Counted from the first letter of the stretch, positions 51,182 through 59,732 are shown. The stretch: 64,000 nucleotides of DNA from an uncultured delta proteobacterium (GCA_963848295.1 CAWKDB010000010.1:1632001-1696000); one strand, 5' to 3'. Numbers and translations: made by a program. Notes: generated by a model from the letters alone, not told the origin.

Positions 51182-51248
51182 GGGTGGAACGTTGCACGCG
51201 ACAAGTGGCCATACAACCTGTCGCTGACCGAGCCTCCTACATGAAAGA

Positions 51249-51557
51249 TCATTTACCCCGCTCGAACGAAGCCGCACTCGCGTCCGGGGCGATGAAGTCG
51301 CGCAGCGGCGCTCGAATTCGCCCGGTGAAGTAGCACCCGAAGCCAGGATAACGGTCGAGCTGTGGGTGGGCCTCGGCGATCGCGAGTCTGCGATGCGCAC
51401 CATGACCGATCGCGATCGCGGACCGAAACTCGAAATCGGTCTCGTTGACCCAGTCGATGTCGACGAGCGTGACCCACTGATCGGGATAACGGCGACGCAC
51501 CTCATCCCACGTGAGGCGTTCAGCGTTTTCGGTCACGCCAATAGATCCGGTTGACAC
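51249..51557 (-). CDS. Small DUF5678-like protein (start may be 51536)
   Basis: LTWDEVRRRYPDQWV...G.YFTG. Confidence 0.6.
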   Translation of the reverse strand: MSTGSIGVTENAERLTWDEVRRRYPDQWVTLVDIDWVNETDFEFRSAIAIGHGAHRRLAIAEAHPQLDRYPGFGCYFTGRIRAPLRDFIAPDASAASFERGK

Positions 51558-51584
51558 GTAGCGCTCGCTCCCATCGATGTCACT

Positions 51585-52100
51585 TCACGCAGCCCGCTGA
51601 AGAGTGGCTCCGTCGATGCGGTAACCGCGTTTCTTCGACCGTGGACGAGGCTGGTCCGCCGTGAATGCAGGTGCAACGCCTTCGATCGGCGGATTTCGTT
51701 CGTGGAGTCGGAAGAATGCATGCGACCGGATCGCGTAGGCATCCGGTCCCTTCACCGCTTCGGCGCCGTTTTCCCAGCGGTTGACCGTCGCGCGCACGAC
51801 GCCCAAGCGATGCGCGAACTCCTCCTGCGTGTCGCCGACCAACTTGCGGAGGTAACGAACCTCCATTGGAGCGAGCTCTTGGAGTTGGAGGAGGTCGACG
51901 GCGAGCAGAATCGCGATCTGATCCAAGAGCCCGCCGTACATGCTGACGTTCCCGCACTTCTGGCAAACGAGTGCGGGCATGTTGTGGACGACCACCTTCT
52001 TCATGTCGAGAAGCGGTCCGACATCGTGGTCGACATGCTTCTGAACAAGGTTGGCCTTGTGACAGACCCCGCAACGGATCTCGCTGGTTTTGGTTCGCAT
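51585..52100 (-). CDS. MqsA/YgiT-like antitoxin (zinc finger + XRE HTH)
   Basis: CGVC...MPALVCQKCG; TQEEFAHRLGVVRATVNRWENG. Confidence 0.88.
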   Translation of the reverse strand: MRTKTSEIRCGVCHKANLVQKHVDHDVGPLLDMKKVVVHNMPALVCQKCGNVSMYGGLLDQIAILLAVDLLQLQELAPMEVRYLRKLVGDTQEEFAHRLGVVRATVNRWENGAEAVKGPDAYAIRSHAFFRLHERNPPIEGVAPAFTADQPRPRSKKRGYRIDGATLQRAA

Positions 52101-52103
52101 GTC

Positions 52104-52414
52104 CTATCCGTCCATGATCGTGATGAGGATGACCTGCTTGCCGAGATGATCTTTGTAGGCTCGACGCCGACCTTCGCGGTCGTCCCATCGAGCGCGGTTC
52201 CGGTGACTCGCCACGAGGTTCCAGACGCTAGCCGCGGCGCATCGGGGTACGTCGTGCAGGCTGAAGCCGTCGCCACGATCTTCTTGGCATCGAACACGCT
52301 GAAGCTTCGAGCCTTCGCACGTTTCTCGAAATGAGCATCGACGATGTTTCGGCCGCCTAGCATCGCCTCCTGGATCCAGGCGAGGGCCTCGGTAGCGTTT
52401 CTTGGACCAGGCAC
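52104..52414 (-). pseudogene. DUF4258/RelE-like toxin with a 1-nt deletion near 52160
   Basis: HFEKRAKARSFSVFD...WRVTG; restoring one base gives VGVEAYKDHLGKQVILITIMDG* ending 3 nt before the antitoxin ATG. Confidence 0.75.
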
Positions 52415-52417
52415 CGA

Positions 52418-52454
52418 ATGTAACATAGTGTTACATGAGACAGCTGGTTGTCAA
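52418..52454 (-). promoter_or_regulatory. TA promoter with palindromic operator
   Basis: ATGTAACA-TAG-TGTTACAT (52418-36); TTGACA at 52454-52449. Confidence 0.8.
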
Positions 52455-52745
52455 ACCGGTCGAGAGCCCAAGCCGAGCTTGACCGTCCTACGCGTGTGAT
52501 GGCGCGCCTCGGCAGCGTGAACCTTGTGTTGCGCGAGAAACGAGTGGTCGGGCCGTGCGGCGACAAGGACGTTCTCGTCACGTACGCGTGCAGCGCGGGA
52601 GACGCCCTCTCGATCATGATGCGAGACGTCGCCATCGGAAAGAGTGTCCGCGGCTCATCGAGGACGAAGAATTCACGCGCGGGGCTGGTGCCTCGACCTC
52701 TGCGACGCAGACGAAGAACGATGATCGTTGCATCGGCATGGCGGT

Positions 52746-52988
52746 GACCCGTTGGACGCCGACAAGCTGCGCCACGTCCTCCAGGACTTCGACACCCTGT
52801 TCGCGGTGGCCAACCCCACCGAACGCGAGCAGCTTCTGAAGCTCCTCATCAAACGGATCGTGTTCCGCGGCTTCGATGCCGAGGTAACGATGGAGCCTTT
52901 CAGCTCCGTTAACCTTCCCGGTGAAGGTTCGAAATTTCGAGCGTCTTGGCTCCGAAGGAGGGTTTCGAACCCCCGACCCGGCGGTTAA
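52746..52988 (+). pseudogene. C-terminal remnant of a large serine recombinase
   Basis: EREQLLKLLIKRIVF tail motif; frame runs into tRNA antisense; catalytic domain absent. Confidence 0.6.
52926..52971. mobile_element. Symmetric att-like junction
   Basis: GGTTCGAAA (52926-34) / TTTCGAACC (52963-71), centred on the tRNA CCA. Confidence 0.55.
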
Positions 52989-53021
52989 CAGCCGCCTGCT
53001 CTACCACTGAGCTACTTCGGA
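52947..53021 (-). tRNA. tRNA-Asn (GTT)
   Basis: 75-nt cloverleaf TCCGAAG...GGCGG-CTGTTAA-CCGCC...TTCGAAA...CTTCGGA-G-CCA. Confidence 0.97.
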
Positions 53022-53085
53022 AGAAGGGCCCTATAGATGACGCACGAGGTCGGGCCGTGTCAAGGACGGCGACCGCCGCGAACGG

Positions 53086-53943
53086 CTACTTGATGTAATA
53101 CCGGCCGACAAACGTAATGATGTAGTCGTCGCCGGCCGCTTTGAGGTCGTCGGCGAACACGATGCCGGCGTCGAACTTCGCCATCGAGTAGAAGCCGCCG
53201 ATCGCGACCGGGATGAAATCGGCAAACAGCACCTGGCCGCGCTTGCCGTTCTCACCGTTCGCGAACCAGATGTTCGCGAATTCGGTCGCGAAGAACGCGT
53301 AGATGTTCGGCGTGGCCTGGATCCCGACGCCGACCGGGAACGCGAAGGTCACCGGCTGGTTGTTGTTGAAGCCGATCGCGAGCTGGTAGCCGATCGGCGG
53401 GGGCTGGTAGTACTCGCCGAGGCCGGCGAGCGCGGTCGGGATGCCGTTGTTTCCCGTGAACACCGAGACCATCGGCGTGATCCGGTAGCGCAGCCACGCG
53501 CCGACCGACAGGCCGACCTTCGTGGCGCCGTCGAGGTTGAGGGTCAGCGCACCGGCCGCGGCGATGTCGAGCTTGTCGCGGTGGAACACGGCGTACGCGC
53601 CGTGGAACGCGAGCAGGCCGCCCGCCGAGGCGTCCGGGTTAAGGATCGCGGAGTAGTCGGCGCCGACTTCGAGGTTCGGAATCACGCCGTAGCTCGCGCC
53701 GAGCGACAGCAGCTCGGTGGTGTCGTGGCTGACGATCCCGGTCGGCGAGGTGGCGGTGACCTCGACGATCGGGATGCCGCCGTGGAGCTCGAGCTTGCCC
53801 TCGGGCGTGATCAGCGAGCGGTTGCCGATCTCGCTCGACCAATCGCTGTCGACCGGCGGCGCGGGGTCGGCGGGCGGATCGGCGAACGCGGTCGACGAGC
53901 TCAGCAGGCCGGCGCTTGCCAGCAACATCGCGCGCATCGTCAT
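53086..53943 (-). CDS. Secreted, probable outer-membrane beta-barrel protein
   Basis: Signal peptide; amphipathic strands; aromatic C-terminus FVGRYYIK. Confidence 0.7.
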   Translation of the reverse strand: MTMRAMLLASAGLLSSSTAFADPPADPAPPVDSDWSSEIGNRSLITPEGKLELHGGIPIVEVTATSPTGIVSHDTTELLSLGASYGVIPNLEVGADYSAILNPDASAGGLLAFHGAYAVFHRDKLDIAAAGALTLNLDGATKVGLSVGAWLRYRITPMVSVFTGNNGIPTALAGLGEYYQPPPIGYQLAIGFNNNQPVTFAFPVGVGIQATPNIYAFFATEFANIWFANGENGKRGQVLFADFIPVAIGGFYSMAKFDAGIVFADDLKAAGDDYIITFVGRYYIK

Positions 53944-53982
53944 CCCGAAATCATCCCGCGCGACGCGATCGGGCGGCAAGGC

Positions 53983-55131
53983 CTATCGCGCGATCTTGCC
54001 GCGGTCGCCGAGGTATTCGCGCAGCATGACTTCAGACGACACACCGCCAACGACTTGCGGCTGAGCTCGCGACCGCTCGAGTGCGAACCCGACGATCTGC
54101 TGGATCGCTTGCTCGTAGGTCCGGCCACTCGCACGCACGCATTGCGCGTAGGCGCAGCCATCGGCGAGGTCGGGGTTCGGGTTGACCTCGAGGATGAACG
54201 CCTCGCCGGTCTTGGGATCGAGGCGCATGTCGACGCGCGCGTAGTCGCGACAGCCGAGCGCCTCGTAGGCGCGCAACGCGATCGACTGGATGTTCGCGAC
54301 GATCTGCGGGTCGAGGTCGTCGACCGGGCACTTGCTCTCCATCGAGTGGTAGTCGCGAGAGAACGGATCCCACTTCGCGCGGTAGGTGATGATATTCGGC
54401 AGCTTGCGGCCTTCGTTATCGGTGCCGCCCTTGAACTGCATCTCGTACAGCGGCATCGCCTCGGGCGGATTGTTGCCGATGATCGCGCAGTGGATCTCGC
54501 GGCCTTCGATGTACTCCTCGACCAGCGCCGCCATCTTGTGATCGCTCCGCACGTGGGCGATCCGCGCATCGAGCTCCGCGCGGTTGTGGACGACCGAGCC
54601 GGCGTCGATACCGCCCGAGGCGTCTTCGTACGCGGGCTTGATCATCAGCGGATAGCGCAGATCGAGGTCTTTCGGCGCGACGTTGCCGGTGACGACGACC
54701 GCGCGTGGCGTCGGCAAGCCGGCGTTGCGCAGGATCGCCTTCGCGTGCGGCTTCTTCTGACACAGCGACAGCGCGAGCGGCCGGTTGCCGGTGTACGAGA
54801 TGCCGAGCAGCTCGAACAGCGCGGGGACGTGATGCTCGTGCTCGAGGTCGTCGTGAAACCATTCGACGAGGTTCACCACGACGTCCGGCTTGTCGGCCGA
54901 GATCGCATCGAGCATCGCCTTCAGGTCGTCTTGAATGTTGACCGCGGTCGCGTGATGGCCGGCCGCGCGCACGCAGTCGGCGATCAGCTCGATCTCCTCG
55001 GCGACCGTATCCCACGGCTCGATGATCTTCGACGAATCCCAATCCGGGCTTCGTCGGCCTTCGCGGCGCCAGTGCTCGACGACGTCCTCGTCGGTCTGGT
55101 TCCACAAGATCAATACGCGTGCGCGATCCAT
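53983..55131 (-). CDS. D-Ala-D-Ala ligase-like ATP-grasp enzyme
   Basis: KPAYEDASGGI; VEEYIEGRE; DYARVDMR; LEVNPNP. Confidence 0.9.
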   Translation of the reverse strand: MDRARVLILWNQTDEDVVEHWRREGRRSPDWDSSKIIEPWDTVAEEIELIADCVRAAGHHATAVNIQDDLKAMLDAISADKPDVVVNLVEWFHDDLEHEHHVPALFELLGISYTGNRPLALSLCQKKPHAKAILRNAGLPTPRAVVVTGNVAPKDLDLRYPLMIKPAYEDASGGIDAGSVVHNRAELDARIAHVRSDHKMAALVEEYIEGREIHCAIIGNNPPEAMPLYEMQFKGGTDNEGRKLPNIITYRAKWDPFSRDYHSMESKCPVDDLDPQIVANIQSIALRAYEALGCRDYARVDMRLDPKTGEAFILEVNPNPDLADGCAYAQCVRASGRTYEQAIQQIVGFALERSRAQPQVVGGVSSEVMLREYLGDRGKIAR

Positions 55132-55204
55132 GCGACCCGACTACTCATACACAGGTACCACTGTGTGCGCGCGATGTCGATTGCGATGCGATCTCAGGTG
55201 ACGG

Positions 55205-57022
55205 TCATCCGATCGACGCGGTGCCCTGTCTCGTGCCCCACGGTTGCTTCGCGGCCACGTCATCCGCGCGCCGGCGTTGCTCGGGTGTCAGGCCGGCGCC
55301 GATCGCCGCGGTGAACCAAGCCGCGAATTCCCCCGCGGTCGCGATCCGATCGCGCCGATCCTTCGCGAGGCCGACCGCGAGCACGCGATCGACGTCGCCG
55401 GGCAGCTGCGCGAGGATCGACGGCTGCGTCGGCACTCGATACACGACGTCGTACAGCGTCGTCGGTACGTCCTTGCCCGAGAACGCGGGATGACCGGTGA
55501 CCGCGCGGTACACGATCGCGGCGAGCGAGTAGACGTCGGCGCGATGATCGACGTCCTCGCCCTTCGCCTGCTCGGGCGCCATGTAGGCCGGTGTGCCGAT
55601 GACGTGCCCCTTCGTCAGGGTGCCGGTCGAGCCGTGCTTGCTGACGCCGAAGTCGAGCACCTTCCAGACGCGCGCGTTGCCTTGGTCGGCGTGGAACACG
55701 TTGTGCGGCTTGAGATCGCGATGGACGATGCCCCCGGCCCGCGCCGCCTCGAGCCCGGCGGCGACTTGTTCGACGAGCTGGCGCACCGGCTCGAGCGCGA
55801 GCTTGCGCTGCCGGCGCAGCTGGTGCGCGAGGTCGTGGCCGCGCAGCCGCTCCATCGCGAGGAACGGGACCTCGCCGACCGTCGTGCCGACCTCCAGCAC
55901 GCGGACCACGTTCGGGGAGTCGAGCTTCGCGGACGTCTTGGCCTCGCGGATGAACCGCTGGACGTGAGTCGGATCGCCGAGTGCGCCGGGATGGAGCAGC
56001 TTGACCGCCGCCTCGCCGCCATCGGGGGTGCGCGCTTCATAGACCTCGCCCATGCCGCCGCGACCGATCAGCACGCCGAGCTTGAACGAACCGACGGTCT
56101 GGTCGGTGAATCGACCCGGCCCGCCGATCTTGAGCGCGCGATCGAGCTCGGCCCGCGCTTCGGCGAGCAACGCCTCGCGTTGCGCGACACCGCGCACTGC
56201 TTGCTCGAGCTTGTGCACCGCATCGAGCGTGACGCGTTGACTGACCCGGCCGGTATAGAACGCGATGAAGTAGAGGAACTCGACGACGAGCAGCACCGCG
56301 ACTTGCTCGAACGTCTTGAGCCCCGTCATGTTGACGATGCCGCGATCGACGAGCAACCCGGCCGCGATGCCGCCGCCGAGCACGAGGTGGAGCAACGCCA
56401 CGACGATGTACATGCCGGTCGTCACTCGCCCGTTCGAGCCGAGGCTGAAGAAGTAGATGCCGTAGACGATCATCGCGGCCACCGGCGAGCCCGCGCCCCA
56501 GTAATAGACGCCGCCGTACGAGCCGAACGCGATGACGAGCGCAGGCCCGAGCACGCGCCGCGGCCCGTAGGTCGCGGGATCCCGGGTGACGTGGAGCATC
56601 CACGCAGCGCCGATCGTCGTGAGGATGCAGCCGAGCATCACGACGCGAAACGCGATCGGATCGCCGCTCGTGGTGAACGCGCCGATCAAGCCGGCGAGGC
56701 ACGTGAAGATCGCGACCTTGAGAAACACCTGGGTCCGCGCGATCTCTTCGAGGCGCATCGCCTCGACCGGCGACGCGGTCATCGAGAACTTTGTCTGATG
56801 CGAATCGGTCGACGCGCGACGGCGCGGCAGGTCCGCGGTCGATTGCGCGTGTAGGTCCACCACGACCGGTGGCATCACGGTCGCGGTCGGCGCGGGCTCC
56901 GGCTCTTGCGCCGCCTCGAGGTCGTCGGCCTCGGTATCGCCGTCGTGATCCCCGTCGACGCGATGCTGCGGCCCGAGATCGACCGTCGGACGGTCGTCAT
57001 CCCCTGGGTGCCTTACCGCCAC
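55205..57022 (-). CDS. Ser/Thr kinase with N-terminal multi-pass membrane domain
   Basis: 5-6 TMs, then GRGGMG, HRDLKPHN, DFG and GTPAYMAPE; TATGCT-N6-GTG start. Confidence 0.9.
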   Translation of the reverse strand: MAVRHPGDDDRPTVDLGPQHRVDGDHDGDTEADDLEAAQEPEPAPTATVMPPVVVDLHAQSTADLPRRRASTDSHQTKFSMTASPVEAMRLEEIARTQVFLKVAIFTCLAGLIGAFTTSGDPIAFRVVMLGCILTTIGAAWMLHVTRDPATYGPRRVLGPALVIAFGSYGGVYYWGAGSPVAAMIVYGIYFFSLGSNGRVTTGMYIVVALLHLVLGGGIAAGLLVDRGIVNMTGLKTFEQVAVLLVVEFLYFIAFYTGRVSQRVTLDAVHKLEQAVRGVAQREALLAEARAELDRALKIGGPGRFTDQTVGSFKLGVLIGRGGMGEVYEARTPDGGEAAVKLLHPGALGDPTHVQRFIREAKTSAKLDSPNVVRVLEVGTTVGEVPFLAMERLRGHDLAHQLRRQRKLALEPVRQLVEQVAAGLEAARAGGIVHRDLKPHNVFHADQGNARVWKVLDFGVSKHGSTGTLTKGHVIGTPAYMAPEQAKGEDVDHRADVYSLAAIVYRAVTGHPAFSGKDVPTTLYDVVYRVPTQPSILAQLPGDVDRVLAVGLAKDRRDRIATAGEFAAWFTAAIGAGLTPEQRRRADDVAAKQPWGTRQGTASIG

Positions 57023-57075
57023 CGAAAAAGCATATGCCGCGGCGTCAGCGAGGGCCAGAACGACTCTTACGGGTC

Positions 57076-57741
57076 CTACAACCGGCCCGGGGTCTCGCAG
57101 TACGCGAACGTCTCGGTCTGGCACGTACAGCCATGTTCGTCACACGTGCAATTCATGCCGGTGTAGACCGCTTCGCAATCGCTGCGCGCGGTGCAGGCCG
57201 CCTCGTCGGTGAGGGACTCACATGCGGCGGGTGCGGTCTCGGGGGCGCAGCTCGTGAAGCTCGCGCTCGTCGTAGCGCCGGTGTACGTCGTGGTGCAATC
57301 GTCGCGCGTCGAGCAGCCGGTCGCGTCGAGCGTCGCGCACGCGCCGGTGAACCCTTCGTAGGGACCGGCCGCGTCGCAGGTCCAGAACTTCGTCTCGGCT
57401 CCGTTGGTGTCGTAGGTCGCGTGGCAGCCGGTCGCGCTCAAGCAAGCTTGCTCGGCGAGGCCGGTGCACGCGCTATCGCACTGCGGCCAGCCAGGGAACG
57501 GCTCGCAGCCGCCAGAGCCGTCCGGGCCCTGGTCATAGCAAGGCTGGCAGTCCTCGTAGCCCGACACCGGGTACGCGACGCACTGGTTCGTGGACGGATC
57601 GATCAAGTCCAGTTCGAGGACCTTGGCGACCGCACAACCGGCGTCGGGTTGGGTATCGTCGCCGTGGCCGCTACTGTTGTAGAGCGAGCACGCCGAGGTT
57701 GCCCCCAACGCGGCGAACGCCACGGCGAGCATCGCCTTCAT
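57076..57741 (-). CDS. Cys-rich lipoprotein, paralog 3
   Basis: TSAC-SLY lipobox; 23 Cys in 221 aa; ATGA coupling. Confidence 0.88.
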   Translation of the reverse strand: MKAMLAVAFAALGATSACSLYNSSGHGDDTQPDAGCAVAKVLELDLIDPSTNQCVAYPVSGYEDCQPCYDQGPDGSGGCEPFPGWPQCDSACTGLAEQACLSATGCHATYDTNGAETKFWTCDAAGPYEGFTGACATLDATGCSTRDDCTTTYTGATTSASFTSCAPETAPAACESLTDEAACTARSDCEAVYTGMNCTCDEHGCTCQTETFAYCETPGRL

Positions 57742-58388
57742 CGTGGAGTCTCGCAGTCGAGGAAGGTCTCGCTCGCGCACGTGCAGCCGCTCGCATCGCA
57801 CGTGCAGTTCATGCCGGTGTAGACCGCTTCGCAATCACTGCGGGCGGTGCACGTCGCCTCCTCGGTGAGCGTGGCGCATGCCGGGGCCGGGACTTCGGGC
57901 GCGCAGCTCGCGAAGATGAAGGTCGGCGCCGAGTTCGAGCCCGTGCTCTGCGGGCCGAGGTCGCTGAACGTCGCGGCGCAATCGTCGCGGGTCGAGCAAT
58001 CCTGCGCGTCGAGCGCCTTGCACGCCGCGGTGGAACCACCCGACGGGGTGAGCGCGTCGCACGTCCAGAAGCTCGTGCCGGTTGTGGTGGTCTCGTAGGT
58101 CGCGTGGCAGCCGCTCGTGGTCAAGCACGCTTGCTCGGCGAGACCGGTGCACGCGCTGTCGCACTGCGCCCAGTCGGGAGGATCCACGCCGCTGCCCTGG
58201 TCGGGACACGGTTCGCACCCGCACCAGCCGCCGCCGAGCGCGAACGTCTCGCACTGGTTCGTCGACGGATCGATCAAGCTCTCGGCGGGTTCCTTCGCGA
58301 CCGCACAACCCGCGTCGAGCTGGGTGTTGCCGCCGTTGTACAGCGAGCACGCCGAGGTCACGGCGAGCAACGCGACGAGCGCCTTCAC
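57738..58388 (-). CDS. Cys-rich lipoprotein, paralog 2
   Basis: TSAC-SLY lipobox; 23 Cys in 216 aa; GTGA coupling. Confidence 0.88.
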   Translation of the reverse strand: MKALVALLAVTSACSLYNGGNTQLDAGCAVAKEPAESLIDPSTNQCETFALGGGWCGCEPCPDQGSGVDPPDWAQCDSACTGLAEQACLTTSGCHATYETTTTGTSFWTCDALTPSGGSTAACKALDAQDCSTRDDCAATFSDLGPQSTGSNSAPTFIFASCAPEVPAPACATLTEEATCTARSDCEAVYTGMNCTCDASGCTCASETFLDCETPR

Positions 58389-59557
58389 AGGCCGCCCGCC
58401 CCTTCGCACCGCGAGAATGTCTCCGAGTCGCAGGTGCACGTGCCGTTCGCGTCGCACGTGCAGTTCACGCCGGTGAACACCGCCGCGCAATCGCTGCGCG
58501 CTTCGCACGCGCTCTGGGTCGTCAGCGTCGTGCAGTCCGGGGTCGGGCACGACGCATCGGGGATGCAGTAGCCGCTCCAGCAACCGTCGGTGATGCCCGG
58601 CGTCGTGTTCGGCGGGCACGCCGGCGGCGCCATCGCGCACATCGGGCCGCTGCTCGTGCACGTGCCGGGGTCGCCCGGGCCGCAGTCCGCGCTCGGGATG
58701 CAGTAGCCGCTCCAGCAGCCGTCGAGGATGCCCGGCACGGTGTTGACCGGGCACGCCGGCGCCGCGATCGAGCACATCGGCCCGGTGCTCGTGCACGTGC
58801 CGGGGTTGCTGCCGTCGGGGATGCACAGGTTCGAGCAGTTCGTGCTGCCGTCGCCGGACATCGCGCAGGTCTGCGCGCAGTCGTAGCCGGTCGGGCACGA
58901 CATGTCTTCGCCGCACGCTTGGTCGGGCACGCACACCGCGGAGCACGTCATGCACGGCGTCTTCGGCTCGCTACCGTTACTGCCGCTGCAGCCCACGGTG
59001 CACTCCTGGGCACAGTGCGCTCCGGAGCCGCACGATCCGTCGGCGCCGCACGTCGTCGGGTTCTCGGCGGCACACGATTCGAAGCTCGTGGTCGAGCCGT
59101 CGCTCGCGTAGATCGAGATGCAGTTGTCGTGATCGGAGCAGTCCTGCGAGCCGAGGCCGTCGCATGCGGTCTCGACCGGACCGTTCGGCGCGACCGCTTC
59201 GCATTCCCAGTACGAGGTGCTGGCATCGGTCGCCGATTGATCGATGAAGAACGCGTGACAGCCCGCCGCCGCTTCACAGCTCGTCAGATCGAGCCCGTTG
59301 CAGCCGCTCGTGCACTGCGCCCAGTCGCCGGGGATCGCTTCGGGCGGCGTTTCGTAGCAAGGCCCGCACGAGTCGGTGCAGCCGCCGCCGCCGTCGGAGA
59401 ACGACTGGCACGAGCCGGTGTCCGGGTTGATCAGCATCTTGACGATACCGGAGCTCTCGCCACGGCTGGCCCCGGCGCAGACGTCATCGCCATTGCCAGG
59501 CCAGTACAGGCTGCAGCCGCCGAGGAATGCGCACAGGACGGCTAGCCTCATCTTCAT
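58385..59557 (-). CDS. Cys-rich lipoprotein, paralog 1 (with internal insert)
   Basis: LGGC-SLY lipobox; same N- and C-terminal modules as paralogs 2 and 3. Confidence 0.88.
   Translation of the reverse strand: MKMRLAVLCAFLGGCSLYWPGNGDDVCAGASRGESSGIVKMLINPDTGSCQSFSDGGGGCTDSCGPCYETPPEAIPGDWAQCTSGCNGLDLTSCEAAAGCHAFFIDQSATDASTSYWECEAVAPNGPVETACDGLGSQDCSDHDNCISIYASDGSTTSFESCAAENPTTCGADGSCGSGAHCAQECTVGCSGSNGSEPKTPCMTCSAVCVPDQACGEDMSCPTGYDCAQTCAMSGDGSTNCSNLCIPDGSNPGTCTSTGPMCSIAAPACPVNTVPGILDGCWSGYCIPSADCGPGDPGTCTSSGPMCAMAPPACPPNTTPGITDGCWSGYCIPDASCPTPDCTTLTTQSACEARSDCAAVFTGVNCTCDANGTCTCDSETFSRCEGAGGL
58559..58823 (-). repeat. 135-bp (45-aa) tandem repeat x2
   Basis: PGTCTSxGPMC..APACP.NT.PGI.DGCWSGYCIP occurs twice. 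Confidence 0.85.
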
Positions 59558-59570
59558 GGCGGTGAGCTTC

Positions 59571-59586
59571 AGCAAGCCTCGCGCCA
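59571..59586 (-). promoter_or_regulatory. sigma54 promoter
   Basis: TGGCGCGAGGCTTGCT; ATG at 59557. Confidence 0.8.
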
Positions 59587-59617
59587 CCGGAATTCGCGGC
59601 GCAAGTGCGCGATCGCG

Positions 59618-59652
59618 CTCGGCAACCCGAGGTTCCGCCTCGAAAATCTGAG
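59618..59652. promoter_or_regulatory. Tandem candidate bEBP enhancer sites
   Basis: CTCGGCAACCCGAG (59618-31) and CTCGAAAATCTGAG (59639-52). Confidence 0.65.
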
Positions 59653-59732
59653 TCCGGGCGCGCTTCGATCTACCTGGTTTTCGACGCCCCCGCGCCTTGT
59701 GCCGGCTCGCGGCCCCTCATTAGATCCGCTGC

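Noticed and set aside
52448..52747. 99-aa ORF between the TA promoter and recombinase tail
   Set aside because: No motif and it appears degraded; cannot assign.
29086..52900. Duplicated tRNA 3' fragment marking the far island end
   Set aside because: Searched intergenic regions by eye and found none.
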